Positions 40,328 through 51,812 of a DNA stretch of 64,000 bases are shown here, one piece after another. Source of the stretch: Syntrophales bacterium (lineage in GTDB: Bacteria > Desulfobacterota > Syntrophia > Syntrophales > PHBD01); assembly GCA_963668175.1 (NCBI GenBank), contig OY764159.1:2144001-2208000 (forward strand), written 5' to 3'. The notes beneath the pieces were generated by a model, which was not told the origin of the DNA, did not search any database, and saw only the letters and a program-made list of their open reading frames with translations. Within the stretch, counting starts at the first letter, position 1, and each line of letters opens with the position of its first letter. The position numbers were made by a program, and so were the translations under genes.

Positions 40328-41215
40328 TCACGCGCCGGCCTGCGCCGTGTGCTTCGCGATAGCGTCCACGATCTGCGCCCAGACCCCCTGCGGCATGTCG
40401 TGCCCCATGCCCTCGACGATCAGGAGTTTCGCCCCCGGTATCGACTTCGCCGTGTCTTCCCCTCCCGCGACGGGTATCAAGGGATCGTCGGCCCCGTGGA
40501 TGACAAGCGTCGGGGCCTTGACGGACGCGAGCTTCGGCCTCCGGTCGCCGCCGGCGATGATGGCTGCGTTCTGGCGCGCCATGCCCTGCGGGCAATAGGA
40601 CCGGTCGTAGCTCTTCTCCATGAACTTCCGGATGTTCTCTTCCTCGAACGGAAACCCGGGGCTCCATATGCGCCGCCATACGTTCACGTAATGCTCGGCG
40701 TACGCCCCGCGTTCCTCGGGCGCGGGCGCCAGGAGGGCGGCGATGGCGTCCTGCCTCCCGAAGGGCAGGGCGGGATTGCCCGTCGTCGACATCATGGACG
40801 TCAGGCTGAGGACATGCTCCGGATGGCGGAACGCGACGATCTGGGCGATCATGCCGCCCATGGAGGCGCCGCAGATATGGGCCTTTGCAATGCCCAGGGC
40901 GTCGAGGAGGCCGGCGGCGTCGTCCGCCATGTCGTCGAGGGTGTAGGCCGTCTCCACCTTGCGGCCCAGCATGGCGGCCTGGAAGACGGCCATGAGATCG
41001 GGCGCGCCCGCCTCGTCGAACTTGGTCGAAAGGCCGACGTCCCGGTTGTCGAAACGGATGACGTAGAGGCCCCTCTTCGCCAGCAAGTTGCAGAACCCGG
41101 AATCCCAGACGATCATCTGGGCGCCGTTTCCGGCAATCAGCAGCAGCGCGGGGGCGGAGCGATCTCCGAAGGTGTCGTATTCGATTTGGATTCCATTCGC
41201 CGTCACGTTAGGCAT
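40328..41215 (-). CDS. Alpha/beta fold hydrolase
   Basis: RFDNRDVGLS, GASMGG, HGADDPL and GMGHD motifs. Confidence 0.92.
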   Translation of the reverse strand: MPNVTANGIQIEYDTFGDRSAPALLLIAGNGAQMIVWDSGFCNLLAKRGLYVIRFDNRDVGLSTKFDEAGAPDLMAVFQAAMLGRKVETAYTLDDMADDAAGLLDALGIAKAHICGASMGGMIAQIVAFRHPEHVLSLTSMMSTTGNPALPFGRQDAIAALLAPAPEERGAYAEHYVNVWRRIWSPGFPFEEENIRKFMEKSYDRSYCPQGMARQNAAIIAGGDRRPKLASVKAPTLVIHGADDPLIPVAGGEDTAKSIPGAKLLIVEGMGHDMPQGVWAQIVDAIAKHTAQAGA

Positions 41216-41459
41216 GGCTTGCTCCTTTTCCTGTTCGTATGATGGATTCGACGTCCGGCCCGGTTTTTCTGCGGACATCCATAGAAGCGTACATGATTTC
41301 GGCGGAATTGGAAAGGGCATATAACGGGCGGGACGATGCCCGTATCCTATGGCTGCAAGGATACGGGAACGGAAGACAGGGACGGCGCCGTGTCGAAAAG
41401 GCGCGGGGGATTTTTCCCTTGCGGAATCGCCGGGCTGAAAAGCGGGGCGGATGCCGCCG

Positions 41460-44400
41460 TCAGGCGTTGTATTGGATCGGAATCCTGACGGTAAAGGTTG
41501 TTCCTGTCCCTGCCGTGCTGTCCACGGCAATGGTGCCGCGGTGCTTCTCGATGATGCTGTAGGCGACGTGCAATCCCAGGCCGGTTCCCTTGCCCACCTC
41601 CTTCGTGGTGAAGAAGGGGTCGAAGAGCTTCGGCAGATTTTCCGGCGGTATCCCCACGCCCGTGTCGGAAATCCCGATCTCGATGTATCCGCCGTCGGAC
41701 TTTGTCGAAATCCGGATTTCCCCTTTATCCGGGATCGCCTGGGCCGCGTTGACCAGGAGGTTCATGAAGACCTGGTTGAGCTGCTGCGGATATCCCAGAA
41801 TGCGGGGGATGTCGCCGTAATCCTTGCGCACGACCGCCTTGTACTTCAGCTCGTTCCAGACGATGTTGAGCGTCGATTCGATGTTTTCGTTGACGTTGAA
41901 AGCGGTCTCTTTTTCTTCGCCGGGGTGGGCGAAGTTCTTCAGGTCCTGGACGATGCGGGATATCCTCCCCGTTCCCTCCTGCGATTCGCCGATCAGAGCG
42001 ACGGCGTCCTCGTGGATGTCGTCTATTCTCACCCTGGCCTCGAATTCTTCGATCTGCCGCACCCGGTCGCCGATCGCCGCGGGAATGTCGTCTCCCGGGT
42101 TCATACCCCTCAGGGACGACAACAATGCCTTGTATTGGCCGCCGACGCCGATCATGTCCTTCACATACTCGGACAGCGTGTTCAGATTGCTGCTGACGAA
42201 GGCCGTCGGGTTGTTGATCTCGTGGGCCACACCCGCGGCGAGCTTGCCGATGGAGGCCATCTTTTCCGCCTGGAGCAGCTGGATATGGGACATCTTCTTG
42301 TCGGTTATGTCTTCGAAGATGGCGACGGTTTTATCGCCGGCGGTCTTCCCGGTCCGGCTGGACGTCACCTTGCAGACGATGTTTCTTCCGTCCCGGCGGA
42401 GGCAGTGGATTTCCGTTTCACTGCGGGGCGAGGATTCGCTTGCGGTCTCCGCGAGGAGCAGGCTCATCATGTCGCGGCATTCGTTCTTGTGCTGGCAGAA
42501 AATGTCGAGCGTGTTTCCGATAAGCTCCTCCGGCTTCCAGCCGAAGACGTCCTCCGCCGCGTCGTTGACGAAGAGGATGCGGTCGTTCTGAAGGCCGACC
42601 ACCACATGCGGGATGGCCGACATGATGGAGGATTCCAGCGCCTGTATCTCCTCAAGGCGGGTTTGCGATTCCTTGAGATCGGTCACATCCAGGGCATTGC
42701 CGAGGATGGCCGGGCGGCCTTCGTGGACGATGGGGGTGAGAATCTGGGAAATCCATCGGATCAGGTTCTCCCTGGTGACGATGCGGTACTCGTAGGCGGT
42801 CGTGCGCGTCCCGTTGAGCATTTCCCTTGCGTATGCAGCGCACATGGCCCTGTCCTCGGGATAAATCATGAAATCGGCGTCGCGGCCCCGGAGGTCCTCC
42901 ATGTAGCCCGTGTAGGCGATGGCGTGTTTGTTGATAAAGCGGAACTTGCCGTCCTGCACGATGAAGACCACCCCCACGGAGCTTTCCGTAAGAATCCGGT
43001 AGAGCATCTCGGAACGCTTGCGTTCGGTGATGTCGCGGACCGTCGATTGCAGGATCGTTTCCCCGCCGTACGCAAAAGAAGAGAGCAGGACCTCGGCATG
43101 AAATTCCTCGCCGCTTTGCCGCCGGTGGACCCAGTCGAACCGTTCATGCCCGTTGGCGTAGGCCGCCCGCATATGCGCCGACGCGGCTTCCCGGGAATCC
43201 CGCCCGTCGGGCTGCGTCGGGGGCGAAACGTCGTAAACGCTCATTTCGAGAAATTCGCCCCTCTCCCGGATGCCGAATATTTCCAGGGTGCGGTCGTTGC
43301 AGTCGATATACCTTTTCTCGTCATGGAGCATGATCGCATCGTTGGAGCCTTCGTAGATGGCGCGGAATCTTCCTTCGCTCTCCTTCAACTCGGCCGTGCG
43401 CTCCTGGATACGGTCCTCCAGCTCTTCGTTGGCGCGCTGCAGGTCCCGTCTCGCCTTGTCGCGTTCCCGCTCCCTCTCTTCCAGTTCTCCGGCCATATCG
43501 TCGAAGGAACGGGCCAGGCGGCCGAGTTCGTCGTCCGTATGGGGCAGCTCGGTCCGGGCGTTCAACTGGCCTTCGCCGATGCGGTTTGCCGCCGAGACCA
43601 GCGTCCGTACGGGATTCAGGATGGTGAAGCGGAACAGTAACAGGGCGGCAGCCACCGTGGCGCAGGCCAGGGAGGCCATGATCAGGAATTGCAGGGCCAT
43701 ATGGCGGTTGACCGCCTCGGACAAGGCGGCTTCGCTCGTGCCCACGGCGATGAAGCAATACGGGGGTCCGTTTTCCCGGAGGCTCAGGCGCTTGAATGCG
43801 TTGACGCGCCGGATGCCGTCGCTGCTCATCTGCCGGTAGACGCCCTGATCGGCCTTCCCGTTCATGACGGCCATGGCGTTTTCGGCCAGCGGCATGCCGG
43901 GCATGGCGTCTTTGTGCTCCGGCCAGCGGAACAGGCGCACCCCGCGGTGGTCGGCGATGGCAACGGCGGCATCCTTCGGCAGTTTCAACTGCTTGATGAA
44001 TTCTTCGTAGCCCCCGATCTTGAAGGCGACGATGACGACGGCCGACAGCTTCCCGTCCGCGTCGACGACGGGATAGGTGAAATTAAGGGACGGCGTTTTG
44101 GAGAGCCGGCCCACGACATACTCGCCGACGGAAAGATCGAGCGTCCTGAGGACGTCCCGGAAATGCTTCCTGTCCTTGAGATTGATGCTGCCCGGCGCGA
44201 AGGGCTGGGAGGCGGCGATCAGGATGCCGTCGGGGCGGGCGAGGCTGATGTTGGTGTATTGGGGGTTCTTGGCGATCAGCCTGGCGAAAAGCTCGTTGCA
44301 GGCCTTGACGTTCATCTTTTTGACCTCGGGGTATTCGGCGATGGTGTTGAGGATCTGCCGGATGGCCGCCGTATTCTCCTCCTGCTGGCTGGCCAGGGAC

Positions 44401-44564
44401 TGGGCTACGATCAGCATCTCCTTTTCCGCCGCCTCGATCCTGCTGTCGCGCTCGTGAAACCCCGCCAGCGCAATGATGACGAGCGCCGGCAGCAAAACGC
44501 ACAAAATCAGCAGGATGGCCTTCGTGCGGAGCCCCCAGTTGAATTTTCTTATCGGGTTGGCCAT
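41460..44564 (-). CDS. Sensor histidine kinase (Cache, HAMP, three PAS, HisKA, HATPase)
   Basis: Two TM helices. [25 protein letters not shown]-box. PFFTTK and GTGLGL. Confidence 0.93.
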   Translation of the reverse strand: MANPIRKFNWGLRTKAILLILCVLLPALVIIALAGFHERDSRIEAAEKEMLIVAQSLASQQEENTAAIRQILNTIAEYPEVKKMNVKACNELFARLIAKNPQYTNISLARPDGILIAASQPFAPGSINLKDRKHFRDVLRTLDLSVGEYVVGRLSKTPSLNFTYPVVDADGKLSAVVIVAFKIGGYEEFIKQLKLPKDAAVAIADHRGVRLFRWPEHKDAMPGMPLAENAMAVMNGKADQGVYRQMSSDGIRRVNAFKRLSLRENGPPYCFIAVGTSEAALSEAVNRHMALQFLIMASLACATVAAALLLFRFTILNPVRTLVSAANRIGEGQLNARTELPHTDDELGRLARSFDDMAGELEERERERDKARRDLQRANEELEDRIQERTAELKESEGRFRAIYEGSNDAIMLHDEKRYIDCNDRTLEIFGIRERGEFLEMSVYDVSPPTQPDGRDSREAASAHMRAAYANGHERFDWVHRRQSGEEFHAEVLLSSFAYGGETILQSTVRDITERKRSEMLYRILTESSVGVVFIVQDGKFRFINKHAIAYTGYMEDLRGRDADFMIYPEDRAMCAAYAREMLNGTRTTAYEYRIVTRENLIRWISQILTPIVHEGRPAILGNALDVTDLKESQTRLEEIQALESSIMSAIPHVVVGLQNDRILFVNDAAEDVFGWKPEELIGNTLDIFCQHKNECRDMMSLLLAETASESSPRSETEIHCLRRDGRNIVCKVTSSRTGKTAGDKTVAIFEDITDKKMSHIQLLQAEKMASIGKLAAGVAHEINNPTAFVSSNLNTLSEYVKDMIGVGGQYKALLSSLRGMNPGDDIPAAIGDRVRQIEEFEARVRIDDIHEDAVALIGESQEGTGRISRIVQDLKNFAHPGEEKETAFNVNENIESTLNIVWNELKYKAVVRKDYGDIPRILGYPQQLNQVFMNLLVNAAQAIPDKGEIRISTKSDGGYIEIGISDTGVGIPPENLPKLFDPFFTTKEVGKGTGLGLHVAYSIIEKHRGTIAVDSTAGTGTTFTVRIPIQYNA

Positions 44565-44730
44565 GGGTCGTCCTTTCGGGAAACGGTTGCTATCGGAACG
44601 GATGAATCTGCTTAATCAACGCCTGTGCGGTCTTTTCGAAATCGACGGATTGCCTTGTGCATGCGGATGATGACATTTTCCGGGTTATATTGAGCAGCTC
44701 CGATTGGAAGTTATCTTCGGAGTTAGAACA

Positions 44731-44896
44731 GCAATATCCATGCCCTGTTCGCGCCATGTCCCGATAACAGAAAAAACCTATTCATATCTTGATGTTATCT
44801 AATCATGTGTCCGTGGCGCGCCGTGACCGGTCCTGACGGACAGGAGTCCTATTCTTCTGTGACCGGAACATGTCCGGGAATCCGGACATATTCCGG
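44731..44896 (-). promoter_or_regulatory. Candidate sigma-54 promoter and upstream palindromic activator site
   Basis: GGGCATGGATATTGC (44731-44745 on -). Palindrome CCGGAACATGTCCGG-GAAT-CCGGACATATTCCGG at 44863-44896. Confidence 0.5.
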
Positions 44897-45143
44897 GTGC
44901 GATGTGCATGCCCGGCATACGGTCCGCAGCATTCCGCATGCGGACTTCGAGAGAAGTGCGGGAGATAAGGCGTAAGAAGGCACGGCGATGCCGTTTGTCT
45001 CCGATAGTCAAGCGGCGCATCGCGGGCTTTCGCCGCTTTTCCTGACATTATCTTTACGGTTTCCCTTTCGACTTTTACACCTTTTTGACGGTTGCCGGCT
45101 TATATTATAAGCGGATGAAAGAATCCGGAAAGGCGGTGCGGCG

Positions 45144-46103
45144 ATGGACGGCGAAAAGCAGGAAAGCAAACCGGCGAATAGCGCTTCCAGGCGAAGGAGA
45201 TGGGGCGTTGCCCTGGGGCTGGCGTTTTGTATCGTATTGGCGGCATTGCTGTATTGGTACGGTCCGGCGTTCTTCGGGCCGGGCGGCCGATCCGGGAGCG
45301 TCTTTGCCGTCTCGGCGAAGAAGGCGGAAATCGTGCCCCGGATGCGGACGAACCTGCTCAAATCGGTCGAATACGAGAAAAGCGCCGTCATGGCCGTCAC
45401 CGACGAGGAATCGAAGGCCTTTGCGGACCTGTCGAAGAAGTCGGCGGACGACGTAGATCGGGATTTCCGCGAACTGAGGGCGCTCGTCGGCCGGGAGGGA
45501 ACGGACCGGGAGCAGAAGCTTTTGGGCGATTTCGACGCCTGCTGGCAGCATTTCAGGAAGATCGACGAGGTGCTTTTGCCTCTCTCCGTCGAGAACACGA
45601 ACCTGAAAGCGGCAAGCCTGTCGCAGACGAAGGGGTTCGCGGCGGCCCAAAAATTCGGCAGGGCGCTTGCCAAGGCGATAGGTGCCGGCGGCATGCCGGA
45701 CCGGGCGGATGCCCGGGCGGCAAGGCTTGCCTACCGGGCCCTCAATGCCGTCTTCACGATCTACAGCCTCCAGGGACCGCACATCAGCGAGGCGGAGGAC
45801 AGGAAGATGGACGAGATGGAGGCGGTCATGAGAGCGAACGCCGCAGAAGCGAAGCGGTCGCTTGCCGCCCTTGCGGCGCTTGTCGGCAGGGAGGGGAAGG
45901 CTTCCCTCGAAGAGGCCGACGCGGCCTTCGCGGATTTCATGGCCGTGCATGCGGAGGTGGTCAGGCTGTCGCGTGTGAACAGCAACGTCAAGTCGCTGGA
46001 GCTCTCCCTGGGTGAGAAGCGCAAGGTGACCGCCCAGTGCGACGACATCCTGAACGCGCTGCAGGAGGCCATATGGAACAGGGCTTCCAGGGCCACCCGG
46101 TAG
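45144..46103 (+). CDS. Membrane-anchored protein with MCP-like four-helix-bundle ligand-binding domains
   Basis: One N-terminal TM. Two helical repeats ending VLLPLSVENTNLKA and VVRLSRVNSNVKS. Confidence 0.7.
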   Translation: MDGEKQESKPANSASRRRRWGVALGLAFCIVLAALLYWYGPAFFGPGGRSGSVFAVSAKKAEIVPRMRTNLLKSVEYEKSAVMAVTDEESKAFADLSKKSADDVDRDFRELRALVGREGTDREQKLLGDFDACWQHFRKIDEVLLPLSVENTNLKAASLSQTKGFAAAQKFGRALAKAIGAGGMPDRADARAARLAYRALNAVFTIYSLQGPHISEAEDRKMDEMEAVMRANAAEAKRSLAALAALVGREGKASLEEADAAFADFMAVHAEVVRLSRVNSNVKSLELSLGEKRKVTAQCDDILNALQEAIWNRASRATR

Positions 46104-46112
46104 CGTCTGCCG

Positions 46113-48128
46113 CTACTTCTTCTTGACGAATCCCAGCTTGAACGAGAATCTCCCGGCCGGGCCCGCGGCGTTGAGCTTGTCGGCGTCGTAGGTCTCCCCG
46201 GGATGCAGGCACCAGCGCTGCGAGTACGAGAACGCGGCGAGCTTCGCCTTCAGGGCGTCGCCCGTGATCTCATACTGGTACGACATCAGGCCGCTCTCCT
46301 TGCCGCCGTTCAGGTAGAAGGGGTTCTTGTACGCCAGGGGGACGTCCTTGAGCGTATAGGTATAGCTGAAGCTGTCGCGTTTATCGGGCAGGTCCCAGCA
46401 CTCGCTCGCGTAGGCGACCGGCTTCCCCTTCCATTCGAGATGCACGGTGATTTCCCTGATCGCCGCGCCCGCCGGGTCGATGCTCCCCGTCGCGGTCAGC
46501 TTGTAGTCCCCCGGCCACCAGTCGCTGCCGTACGGCATGGGGAACGAGGCCATGTACGGGAAGTTCGTGCGGTGCGACGCATCCAGGTGCGCCGTGCCCG
46601 AGAATGCGAATTTTACGCCCTCCCAGGTCAGCTTGGCGTTTTGGAAGACGTCGGTCATGGCGTTGATCTTCGCAATGGGTGCATCCGGTCTCGTCAGTTT
46701 CGGATCGAGGAATTTCGGCGAGACCTCGGCGCTGAAGTTGATCATGACGCCCTCGGCCCCGGCGGGCGTGTCGGCGCCGGGACGTTCGGCCTTCGCGTCC
46801 TTCTGGGCCGGGGATGCGACGGACGTTTCGACCGCCGCGTACTGGAGGTCGGGAACGGACGACGAAGCGACGGCCTCCATCTTCAGGACGCACGTCGGGC
46901 CTTCCGCCTTAAGCTTCCACTCCTTCGTTTGGGCGGCGCCCCCGGCGGGGATTGTGCCGAGCTGCTGGACGGGGCTTTCGGAAACGATGGCGCATCCCGT
47001 CGGGACGAGCTGCGCTTCCGCCTGGCTCATGGTGCCGTTTCCGCGGTTCCGGACCGTGCCCCTGGCGACGATAAAACCGTCCTTCCCGGCCGCCTCTATT
47101 GTCGGATCCAGGGCGGAAAAGGACGCCCGCCACATGGTGTAGACGGCCAGGATCGCGCGGTTGACCATCGGCTGGGGATCGTCGAAATACTTCGTCAGAT
47201 CGGCCCGGCACGCCGCCGCCGCCGCTTTCGCCTGATCGGCCGCCTGCGCGCCCTGGACGTCCGCGGCGCCCTTCCAGGCCGGCTTCCCGTTCTTCCAGCC
47301 GCCGTCGAAGCCGTTAAGGTTGTAGGGGCCGGGGTTGATGGTCACCTCCCAGGCTATATGGCTGGGGGTCTGGGTATGGAGGCCCGCGTCGCCGTTGTAG
47401 TACCACGGGTCGAACCAGTCCACGCCCGCGGCGAAGAATCGGTCGATCTCCGTCCGGAAGTCGTTGCTCAGGAATTTGACGGGCGTCAGGTAGCCGAGCT
47501 TGACGGAGCCCTTGACGTCGTCGTCGAGATATACGTGGCCCTCGTACTTGGTCCCCTTGTAATGCTCGAGCTGCTGCGCCAGGATTTTCTTCGCCGTCTC
47601 CAGGGTGGCGCCGTTGACGTGGTAGGGGCAGTGCATATCCGCGAGGAAGTGTGCGCTCCAGGCCCCCGCCTTCGGCAGGACCTCCTTCTTCCCGGTCAGC
47701 ATGCCCTCGGCCAGATAGCGGTAATGTCGCCGGACCGCGTCCGGCCCTCCGCCTTCGCCGGTTTTCGGGTTGTAGTAGTGCCACGAGAAGGGCGAATTCC
47801 CCTTGGCGTCGGGCCCGGGTCCGTCGAGGAGGCTGATGTCGGGCAATATGCCGTAGCCCGCGCCCGTGTACTGGGCCGTGCCCCAATAGACGCCTTCGTG
47901 CTTCATCATGTCGTCGAGCGTGGGAAATTTCCTCGGATCGAAGGCGGGGTCGGCCTGCAGGAGCCGGTAGGCCTCCTTCATGATGTGCTGGTGCGTGGTG
48001 GCCGGCGCGAGGACGCCCCAGGCGTGGGCCCTGCCGGACGTAAAAGGCAAGGCGAGCCATACCGCAAGAAGGAGTACAAGACAGGGGTATCCCCGGCGAA
48101 TCCGCATAAGGCTTCTCGTCGTCGTCAT
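46113..48128 (-). CDS. Secreted protein with N-terminal zinc-dependent phospholipase C / S1-P1 nuclease-like domain
   Basis: AHA-W mature start, THQHI, WHYY, HFLADMHCPYH and HIAWE zinc-ligand pattern. Confidence 0.78.
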   Translation of the reverse strand: MTTTRSLMRIRRGYPCLVLLLAVWLALPFTSGRAHAWGVLAPATTHQHIMKEAYRLLQADPAFDPRKFPTLDDMMKHEGVYWGTAQYTGAGYGILPDISLLDGPGPDAKGNSPFSWHYYNPKTGEGGGPDAVRRHYRYLAEGMLTGKKEVLPKAGAWSAHFLADMHCPYHVNGATLETAKKILAQQLEHYKGTKYEGHVYLDDDVKGSVKLGYLTPVKFLSNDFRTEIDRFFAAGVDWFDPWYYNGDAGLHTQTPSHIAWEVTINPGPYNLNGFDGGWKNGKPAWKGAADVQGAQAADQAKAAAAACRADLTKYFDDPQPMVNRAILAVYTMWRASFSALDPTIEAAGKDGFIVARGTVRNRGNGTMSQAEAQLVPTGCAIVSESPVQQLGTIPAGGAAQTKEWKLKAEGPTCVLKMEAVASSSVPDLQYAAVETSVASPAQKDAKAERPGADTPAGAEGVMINFSAEVSPKFLDPKLTRPDAPIAKINAMTDVFQNAKLTWEGVKFAFSGTAHLDASHRTNFPYMASFPMPYGSDWWPGDYKLTATGSIDPAGAAIREITVHLEWKGKPVAYASECWDLPDKRDSFSYTYTLKDVPLAYKNPFYLNGGKESGLMSYQYEITGDALKAKLAAFSYSQRWCLHPGETYDADKLNAAGPAGRFSFKLGFVKKK

Positions 48129-48196
48129 GCGTCAAGACCTCTCGACCGTTTATTGGTTTTCGATGCCGTGAATATAGGGCAGGGGGCTTTCCCCTG

Positions 48197-50731
48197 TCAA
48201 AGGATATTTGGCGTCTCTCGCGAAAGCGTTCCCGGATGGACGATCTCTTTTACCGCCAGGGCAAGGTCTTTCAGGGAAACGGGTTTCATGAGCAGTCTGC
48301 GGACGCCGATTCTCCGGATTTCCTCGTCGTTGAGCCGGTGGCTGAAGCCTGTGGTCAGGATGATCGGCGTTTCGGGGCGGATTTTCAGGATTTCCCGCGA
48401 CAGGGTGGTGCCCGTCATGTGCGGCATCGTCATGTCGGTGATCACGAGATCGAACCGATCCGGATGCGTCCGGAAGGCTTCCAGGGCGTCGCCGCCGCTC
48501 AGGCGGACGGTGACGTCGTAGCCCAGGGAGGAGAGCATATCCCTGCCGAGAAAGGCGATGGGCTCCTCGTCGTCGACGTAGAGGATGCGGCCGGCTCCCC
48601 GGGGGAGGACCGCCGGCTCTCTTCCTTTCAGGCGTTCGGCGGCGTCGATCAAAGGCAGGTAAACGGTGAAGACGGCTCCGCCGCCCGGTTCGCTTTCCAC
48701 ACAGACGGACCCGCCGTGGTCCTTCACGATGCCGTAAACGACGGACAGCCCGAGCCCCGTTCCCTCGCCCGCCGCCTTGGTCGTGAAGAACGGGTCGAAA
48801 ATATTGTCCCGGATGGCCGGATCGATCCCTTCGCCGGTGTCGGTCACGGAGAGCTGCAGATAAGCGCCGGGCTCCGTTTCCGGACTGCACGCCGGATCGT
48901 CGGGGGTCAGCATGTGCCGGGAAAGATGCACGGCGAGGACGCCCGATTCGTTTTCCCGCATGGCGTGGACCGCGTTGGTGCAGAGGTTCATCAGTATCTG
49001 GTGGATCTGGGTGGGGTCGGCCAGGACGGTATCGTGCGGGGCGTCGAACGCTGTTTCGATATCGACGGTCGTGGGAATGGAGGAACGCAGCAGCTTCAGC
49101 GCCTCTTTGACGATCGGCGTCACGGCCACCGGAATCTTCTCCTTTTCCCGCTGGCGGCTGAAGGTGAGAATCTGCGTGACCAGGTCCCGGGAGCGGTTGC
49201 AGGCGTTGAGGATCTGATCCATATAGGGATGGACCTTGTCGTCCGACGTCCTGAATTTCGCCAGCTCCGCGTAACCCATCATGGCCGAAAGGATGTTGTT
49301 GAAATCGTGCGCGATGCCTCCCGCCAGGGTGCCGATGGCCTCCATCTTCTGCGCCTGGCGCAGATGCGTTTCGAGCCTGACCGCCTCCGTGACGTCCCTC
49401 TTCAGCGACACATAGCCCACGAGTTTGCCGGACGCCGTGAGGAGCGGGCTGATGGTCGCGTCCTCCTGATAGAGGGTGCCGTCCTTGCGGCGGTTCGTGA
49501 AGCGCCCGGTCCAGACCTTGCCCTCCTTGATCGTATTCCAGAGATTTTCGTAGAACGCCGGTCCGTGGACGCCGCTCTTGAGCAGCCTGGGCGTCCTGCC
49601 TATCGCGTCCTCGGCGGCGTATCCCGTGATCTTTTCGAAGGCCGGATTGACGTATTGGATGACGCCCTCCCGGTCGGTGACGATGATGTTTTCGGCGGCC
49701 TGTTCTACGGCGATGCTCAGACGCACCAGGTCTTCCTCCGCTTTCCGGCGGTCGGTAATGTCCAGCGCCGTCCCGATGAGGGCGGGCTTCCCCTTGTATT
49801 GGGTCAGGGACCCGTAGATTTCGACGTTTTTGACCTTGCCGTCCCTGGTCCGGGCGCGGAATTCGTAGCGCCGGGCTTTCTCTTCCCCTTGCAGCCGCTT
49901 GCGGTTGTTCTCTTCCACCAGCGGCAGGTCTTCCGGATGGATGATGGCCGAAAGAGGCAGGCGGTCCACGATCTCTTCGGGCGTATAGCCCAGCGTCTCG
50001 GCGAATTCCGAATTGACATACCTGAAGAGGCCGTCCTGGTACAGGTAGATGCCCACCATCGACTTTTCCGCCAGGTCGCGGAATTTTCCCTCCGACTCCT
50101 TCAGGGCTTCCTCCGCCTTCTTGCGTTCCGTGACGTCCAGAAGGACGCCGTGATGAAGGATGCGCCCTTCTTCCCGTTGCGGCGTCGATATCCCGTGGAA
50201 CCACAGCAACTCGCCGCCGGGTTTGACGAAGCGGCCCTCGAACCGCCATGGGCGGCCTTTGGCTGCGGCATCCTGGAGCGAGTCCCGGAAGCGGTTGCGG
50301 TCGTCGTCGGCAATCCGCTCCGTGAAGGAGGCGAGGAACGACCCGGGATCGACGGGCAGCGCGAACATGTCCGGTGACTTTTCGCTCACGTAGGTCATGC
50401 CGTATGCCCCGTCATTCGAGACGTACATCTGAAATATGACGCCCGGCACGTTCTTGGCGATGTTCTGCAGGAAGGCTTCACGAGCCTGGAGGGTCCGGTT
50501 GATCTCCATCAGCCGGTTCAAATATCTCCGGATGAGGATATAGAGGAGGGACGACGTGACGACGATGAAGAGAAAGCCCTTGACGATGGCGATCTCGGTC
50601 ATGACGGCGGGGTCCTGGACGAGCCAGCCGAGGATGGTGTCGGAGAAGTATATCCACAGCCCGCTGACAAGGGCATAGATGCCCACGATCTTCAATATGG
50701 TGAATTCGTTTGCGTTATGCCGGCCGTTCAT
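48197..50731 (-). CDS. Hybrid sensor histidine kinase (three PAS, HisKA, HATPase, REC)
   Basis: AHDFNNIL H-box, PFFTTK, and receiver motifs ILYVDDE...TDMTMP...KP. Confidence 0.93.
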   Translation of the reverse strand: MNGRHNANEFTILKIVGIYALVSGLWIYFSDTILGWLVQDPAVMTEIAIVKGFLFIVVTSSLLYILIRRYLNRLMEINRTLQAREAFLQNIAKNVPGVIFQMYVSNDGAYGMTYVSEKSPDMFALPVDPGSFLASFTERIADDDRNRFRDSLQDAAAKGRPWRFEGRFVKPGGELLWFHGISTPQREEGRILHHGVLLDVTERKKAEEALKESEGKFRDLAEKSMVGIYLYQDGLFRYVNSEFAETLGYTPEEIVDRLPLSAIIHPEDLPLVEENNRKRLQGEEKARRYEFRARTRDGKVKNVEIYGSLTQYKGKPALIGTALDITDRRKAEEDLVRLSIAVEQAAENIIVTDREGVIQYVNPAFEKITGYAAEDAIGRTPRLLKSGVHGPAFYENLWNTIKEGKVWTGRFTNRRKDGTLYQEDATISPLLTASGKLVGYVSLKRDVTEAVRLETHLRQAQKMEAIGTLAGGIAHDFNNILSAMMGYAELAKFRTSDDKVHPYMDQILNACNRSRDLVTQILTFSRQREKEKIPVAVTPIVKEALKLLRSSIPTTVDIETAFDAPHDTVLADPTQIHQILMNLCTNAVHAMRENESGVLAVHLSRHMLTPDDPACSPETEPGAYLQLSVTDTGEGIDPAIRDNIFDPFFTTKAAGEGTGLGLSVVYGIVKDHGGSVCVESEPGGGAVFTVYLPLIDAAERLKGREPAVLPRGAGRILYVDDEEPIAFLGRDMLSSLGYDVTVRLSGGDALEAFRTHPDRFDLVITDMTMPHMTGTTLSREILKIRPETPIILTTGFSHRLNDEEIRRIGVRRLLMKPVSLKDLALAVKEIVHPGTLSRETPNIL

Positions 50732-51081
50732 GGCGATTCTTTCGATGTTCCCTGAAATCCGCAACAATGCCGGTAGGGGTTGGGTTTATCCGCGGGATGC
50801 TCCGCACGACACTTCTCCTCCGGACCGCTGGTTTTGCCGTATGCATCGCCGAGCCGTCTTACTTGATCAACCAATAATCGTGCCAGGGACGGTACGGGAA
50901 GGGTATGAACGGATAAATGCTTAATAATCGGATGCTTGCATGAGTGTAAAGGGCGGTCCGGGCCCGCGCGGAATCCATCGGCGCCGGATTCCGCGTCCGT
51001 TCAGCCCGGGATGTATCCGGGACGGCGGGAGAGGCGGGGCGGGCGGCCGGACTCTGCCGGTAAGGCTCCGGTTCGACCGGG

Positions 51082-51645
51082 CTAGATATTGATTTCCCTG
51101 ATGTGGATTTCCATGCGGTCGGCGATGTCCACGATGGAGGATTCGTATTTGACGGGATAGCCGAGGGAGGCGAAGACCCGCTTCATCCCTTCGTTCCGGT
51201 AATCGAAGGCGATTTCCATGACGGCAATCCCCTTGGTCCTGGCGACGGCGACGACTTTCGCGGCCATGAGGGACCCCAGGCCCTTCCTCTGCCAGTCGTC
51301 ACGGAGCGTGACCGTCAACTCGGCGCGGTCCGTGCCCTCCGTGACGATGTAGCGGCAGGTGCCGACAATGGCTTCCTCTCCGCCTTCCGTCACGACGGCG
51401 GCGAGGCCGAAGTGGGTGACATAGTCGATCTCCACGAGATTTTTGAGCATTTCGGGACGCAGATGTTCCAGGTGGGTCAGGAAGCGGAAATAGATGGTCT
51501 CGGGCGAGAGCCTCCGGAAGAGATCGAGGATGAGCGGGCCGTCGGACGGTTTGATCGGCCGCAGGAAGACCCGTGAGCCGTCTTTCAGGACGATCCGTTC
51601 CTCATGTTCGGCGGGATAGGGATGGCCGGTCTGCGTGGGCTGCAT
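51082..51645 (-). CDS. GNAT N-acetyltransferase
   Basis: LRPIKPSD...LSPETIYFRF and WQRKGLGS motifs. Confidence 0.88.
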   Translation of the reverse strand: MQPTQTGHPYPAEHEERIVLKDGSRVFLRPIKPSDGPLILDLFRRLSPETIYFRFLTHLEHLRPEMLKNLVEIDYVTHFGLAAVVTEGGEEAIVGTCRYIVTEGTDRAELTVTLRDDWQRKGLGSLMAAKVVAVARTKGIAVMEIAFDYRNEGMKRVFASLGYPVKYESSIVDIADRMEIHIREINI

Positions 51646-51812
51646 TTCGGCGGACACTCCTGCAACGTTCGGCGGCGTATCTTAAGAAGCCAACCAATCC
51701 TTCATGTTCGAAATACAATCAGGTCGAGGGCGAGAAAGAAGTATCTGATCGGACGAAATGCCGTTGGGATGATTGATATGATGATAAACAAAAACGTCAG
51801 CGTCGTCAATTC

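Noticed and set aside
41451..50377. Long alternative ORFs 41451..43640, 46203..48521, 48150..50249 and 48236..50377
   Set aside because: They overlap well-supported genes in antisense or shifted frames and have no recognisable motifs.
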